Shown here in pieces: positions 62,823-64,000 of a DNA stretch of 64,000 bases (its first letter is position 1; each line of letters opens with the position of its first letter). A program made the translations under genes and the position numbers. Source of the DNA: a virus (taxonomy: Duplodnaviria; Caudoviricetes); the IMG/VR virus record IMGVR_UViG_3300032373_000001; one strand, written 5' to 3'. The notes beneath the pieces were generated by a model. It worked only from the letters and a program-made list of their open reading frames with translations, was not told the DNA's origin and made no database searches.

Positions 62823-63830
62823 ATGCATTTGACCTCTCTTCAAGCCGTTCCGCTCCGCTACCGGGAGATGCTCTGCAACCAAGAGCCGGGATATCTCCGC
62901 ACAGCCGCCCATGAGAAAGTCATGAGGATGCTGTTCCCCTCCACCTTCGAGAAGGCAGAGAGCGCCGACTACCGTCCGGACTCCCCCCAGTATGCTCGCA
63001 TTCGTGCCGAGATGCGCGACTGCTTGATCCTGCTGGAGGGGGTTCGCCAGTTTTACATGCGCGGCGGCAAGATCTATGAGTACGATGAAGCGGATGCCAC
63101 CAAGGTGATGAACCACTTCATCGAGCCTCGCGCCTTTGAGCTGGCCCCGCCACCCAGTCCCCTCTACATCCGCAACGGGGACTTCGGTGCACTCCTCTTC
63201 GGCTTCTGCCGCCGTAACGGGGAGCTCGGCTTCGCTGTGGGCCTCGAAGGGGAGGCTGGGTGGAGCTGGGGCATGTTCGCCGTGGTTCCTGGAGCACCCT
63301 TGCATCACCTGACTTGGTGCAGTGAGGGTGCTTCTGCTTTGATTCGCACGGTCTTCAAGCAGACCGCCATGTCCTTTCTGTACTTGTACTATCCGCTGCA
63401 GCAGGAGGTCATCGACTTTTACGTCCCCAAGAAGCGGAAGAAGAAGGTCCGCAGCGGCCGTCATGCCAAGCGGTTGAGGGCCTTCCACACGCAGCCCCGC
63501 AAGGTGGTCCGGGTGGACTTTGGCCGCTTGGCCACCATCAAGCGGAAGCCCTTCCCTGGCACCAAGCCGCCTTCAAAGAAGAACCCCTCGGGGGGAGGGG
63601 GGAGTGCCGCTTTCCGGGGCAGTTACTTCGTCGGCCCACACTACAAAGACGTCTGGGTCACTGAGGAGAACCTGACGGAAGATGAGAAGCAGACTGCTTC
63701 CGACATCAAGGAAGGGAAGCGGAACAACTACCTCTACAAGGTTAAACGGCTGGCCAACAGAGAAGGCTACCACGTGGGGGAGTACTTCACATCCACCGCT
63801 CAAGTGCGCCCTGCGGACAAGCTGCTCTGA
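62823..63830 (+). CDS. Hypothetical protein with a basic C-terminal region
   Basis: 335 aa with KKRKKKVRSGRHAKR and FRGSYFVGPHYKDVW. Confidence 0.75.
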   Translation: MHLTSLQAVPLRYREMLCNQEPGYLRTAAHEKVMRMLFPSTFEKAESADYRPDSPQYARIRAEMRDCLILLEGVRQFYMRGGKIYEYDEADATKVMNHFIEPRAFELAPPPSPLYIRNGDFGALLFGFCRRNGELGFAVGLEGEAGWSWGMFAVVPGAPLHHLTWCSEGASALIRTVFKQTAMSFLYLYYPLQQEVIDFYVPKKRKKKVRSGRHAKRLRAFHTQPRKVVRVDFGRLATIKRKPFPGTKPPSKKNPSGGGGSAAFRGSYFVGPHYKDVWVTEENLTEDEKQTASDIKEGKRNNYLYKVKRLANREGYHVGEYFTSTAQVRPADKLL

Positions 63831-63882
63831 TTTCGGGGCCTTGGTCCCCCCGTAACTCAAGTGCCCCCTGCTGGAGTCTGAC

Positions 63883-64000
63883 CATGGACCCGTTGACCGC
63901 TGCCTATTCGACCGACGAGCTGACCTGGGATGGTCAGCTGCGGCTGTTCACCTCGTCGGGCAGCAAGCTCCGGTGGCAGCCTGGACCCGAAGGCTTCATC
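63883..64000 (+). CDS. Partial hypothetical protein (runs off the window end)
   Basis: GGAG SD, then MDPLTAAYSTDELTWDGQLRLFTSSGSKLRWQPGPEGFI. Confidence 0.5.

Noticed and set aside
1-64000. Genome-wide stop-codon reassignment
   Set aside because: Conserved genes end cleanly at TAG (recA), TGA (nrdJ, thyX) and TAA (MTase), and coding density is high under the standard code.
1-64000. tRNA, rRNA, integrase or IS elements
   Set aside because: No cloverleaf or T-loop patterns in the short intergenic gaps and no recombinase or transposase motifs were recognised. A tRNAscan/Infernal run would be the proper check.

Overview
This window is a GC-rich slice of a large (jumbo-type) tailed bacteriophage genome. 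I see no host housekeeping genes, rRNA, tRNA, CRISPR array or integrase. From left to right it holds five blocks. (1) A late/structural block on the minus strand: an HD hydrolase, a 1729-aa contractile tail sheath, a Dps-like protein and probable virion proteins. (2) A minus-strand replication/recombination block: sigma-like and NusG-like regulators, DnaX, Nudix, primase core, beta-clamp-like protein, a Rad50/SbcC split into two genes, Mre11/SbcD, a Cas4/AddB-like nuclease, an N4C/N6A methyltransferase, RecA, RuvC, a probable SSB, a DEDD exonuclease and RecD2. (3) A plus-strand block with a candidate origin, HolB- and HolA-like clamp-loader subunits and a class II ribonucleotide reductase. (4) A minus-strand DNA hypermodification cluster (TET/JBP dioxygenase, amidoligase, class II glutamine amidotransferase, a phosphatase::aGPT-pyrophosphorylase fusion, a P-loop kinase, a HAD nucleotidase), followed by ThyX and a zeta-toxin-like kinase. 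(5) Small early genes that diverge from back-to-back promoters with the consensus YTGATTTCY-N14-CCGTAAYG. The strongest new signal is a short [FL]D[LM]FG peptide shared by four enzymes of the modification cluster and by the methyltransferase, which are unrelated folds. It resembles a sliding-clamp-binding motif and suggests a clamp-tethered thymine hypermodification pathway. All family calls come from motif recognition by eye; no database search was run. Some start codons were moved from the ORF track where a better Shine-Dalgarno or overlap context exists.
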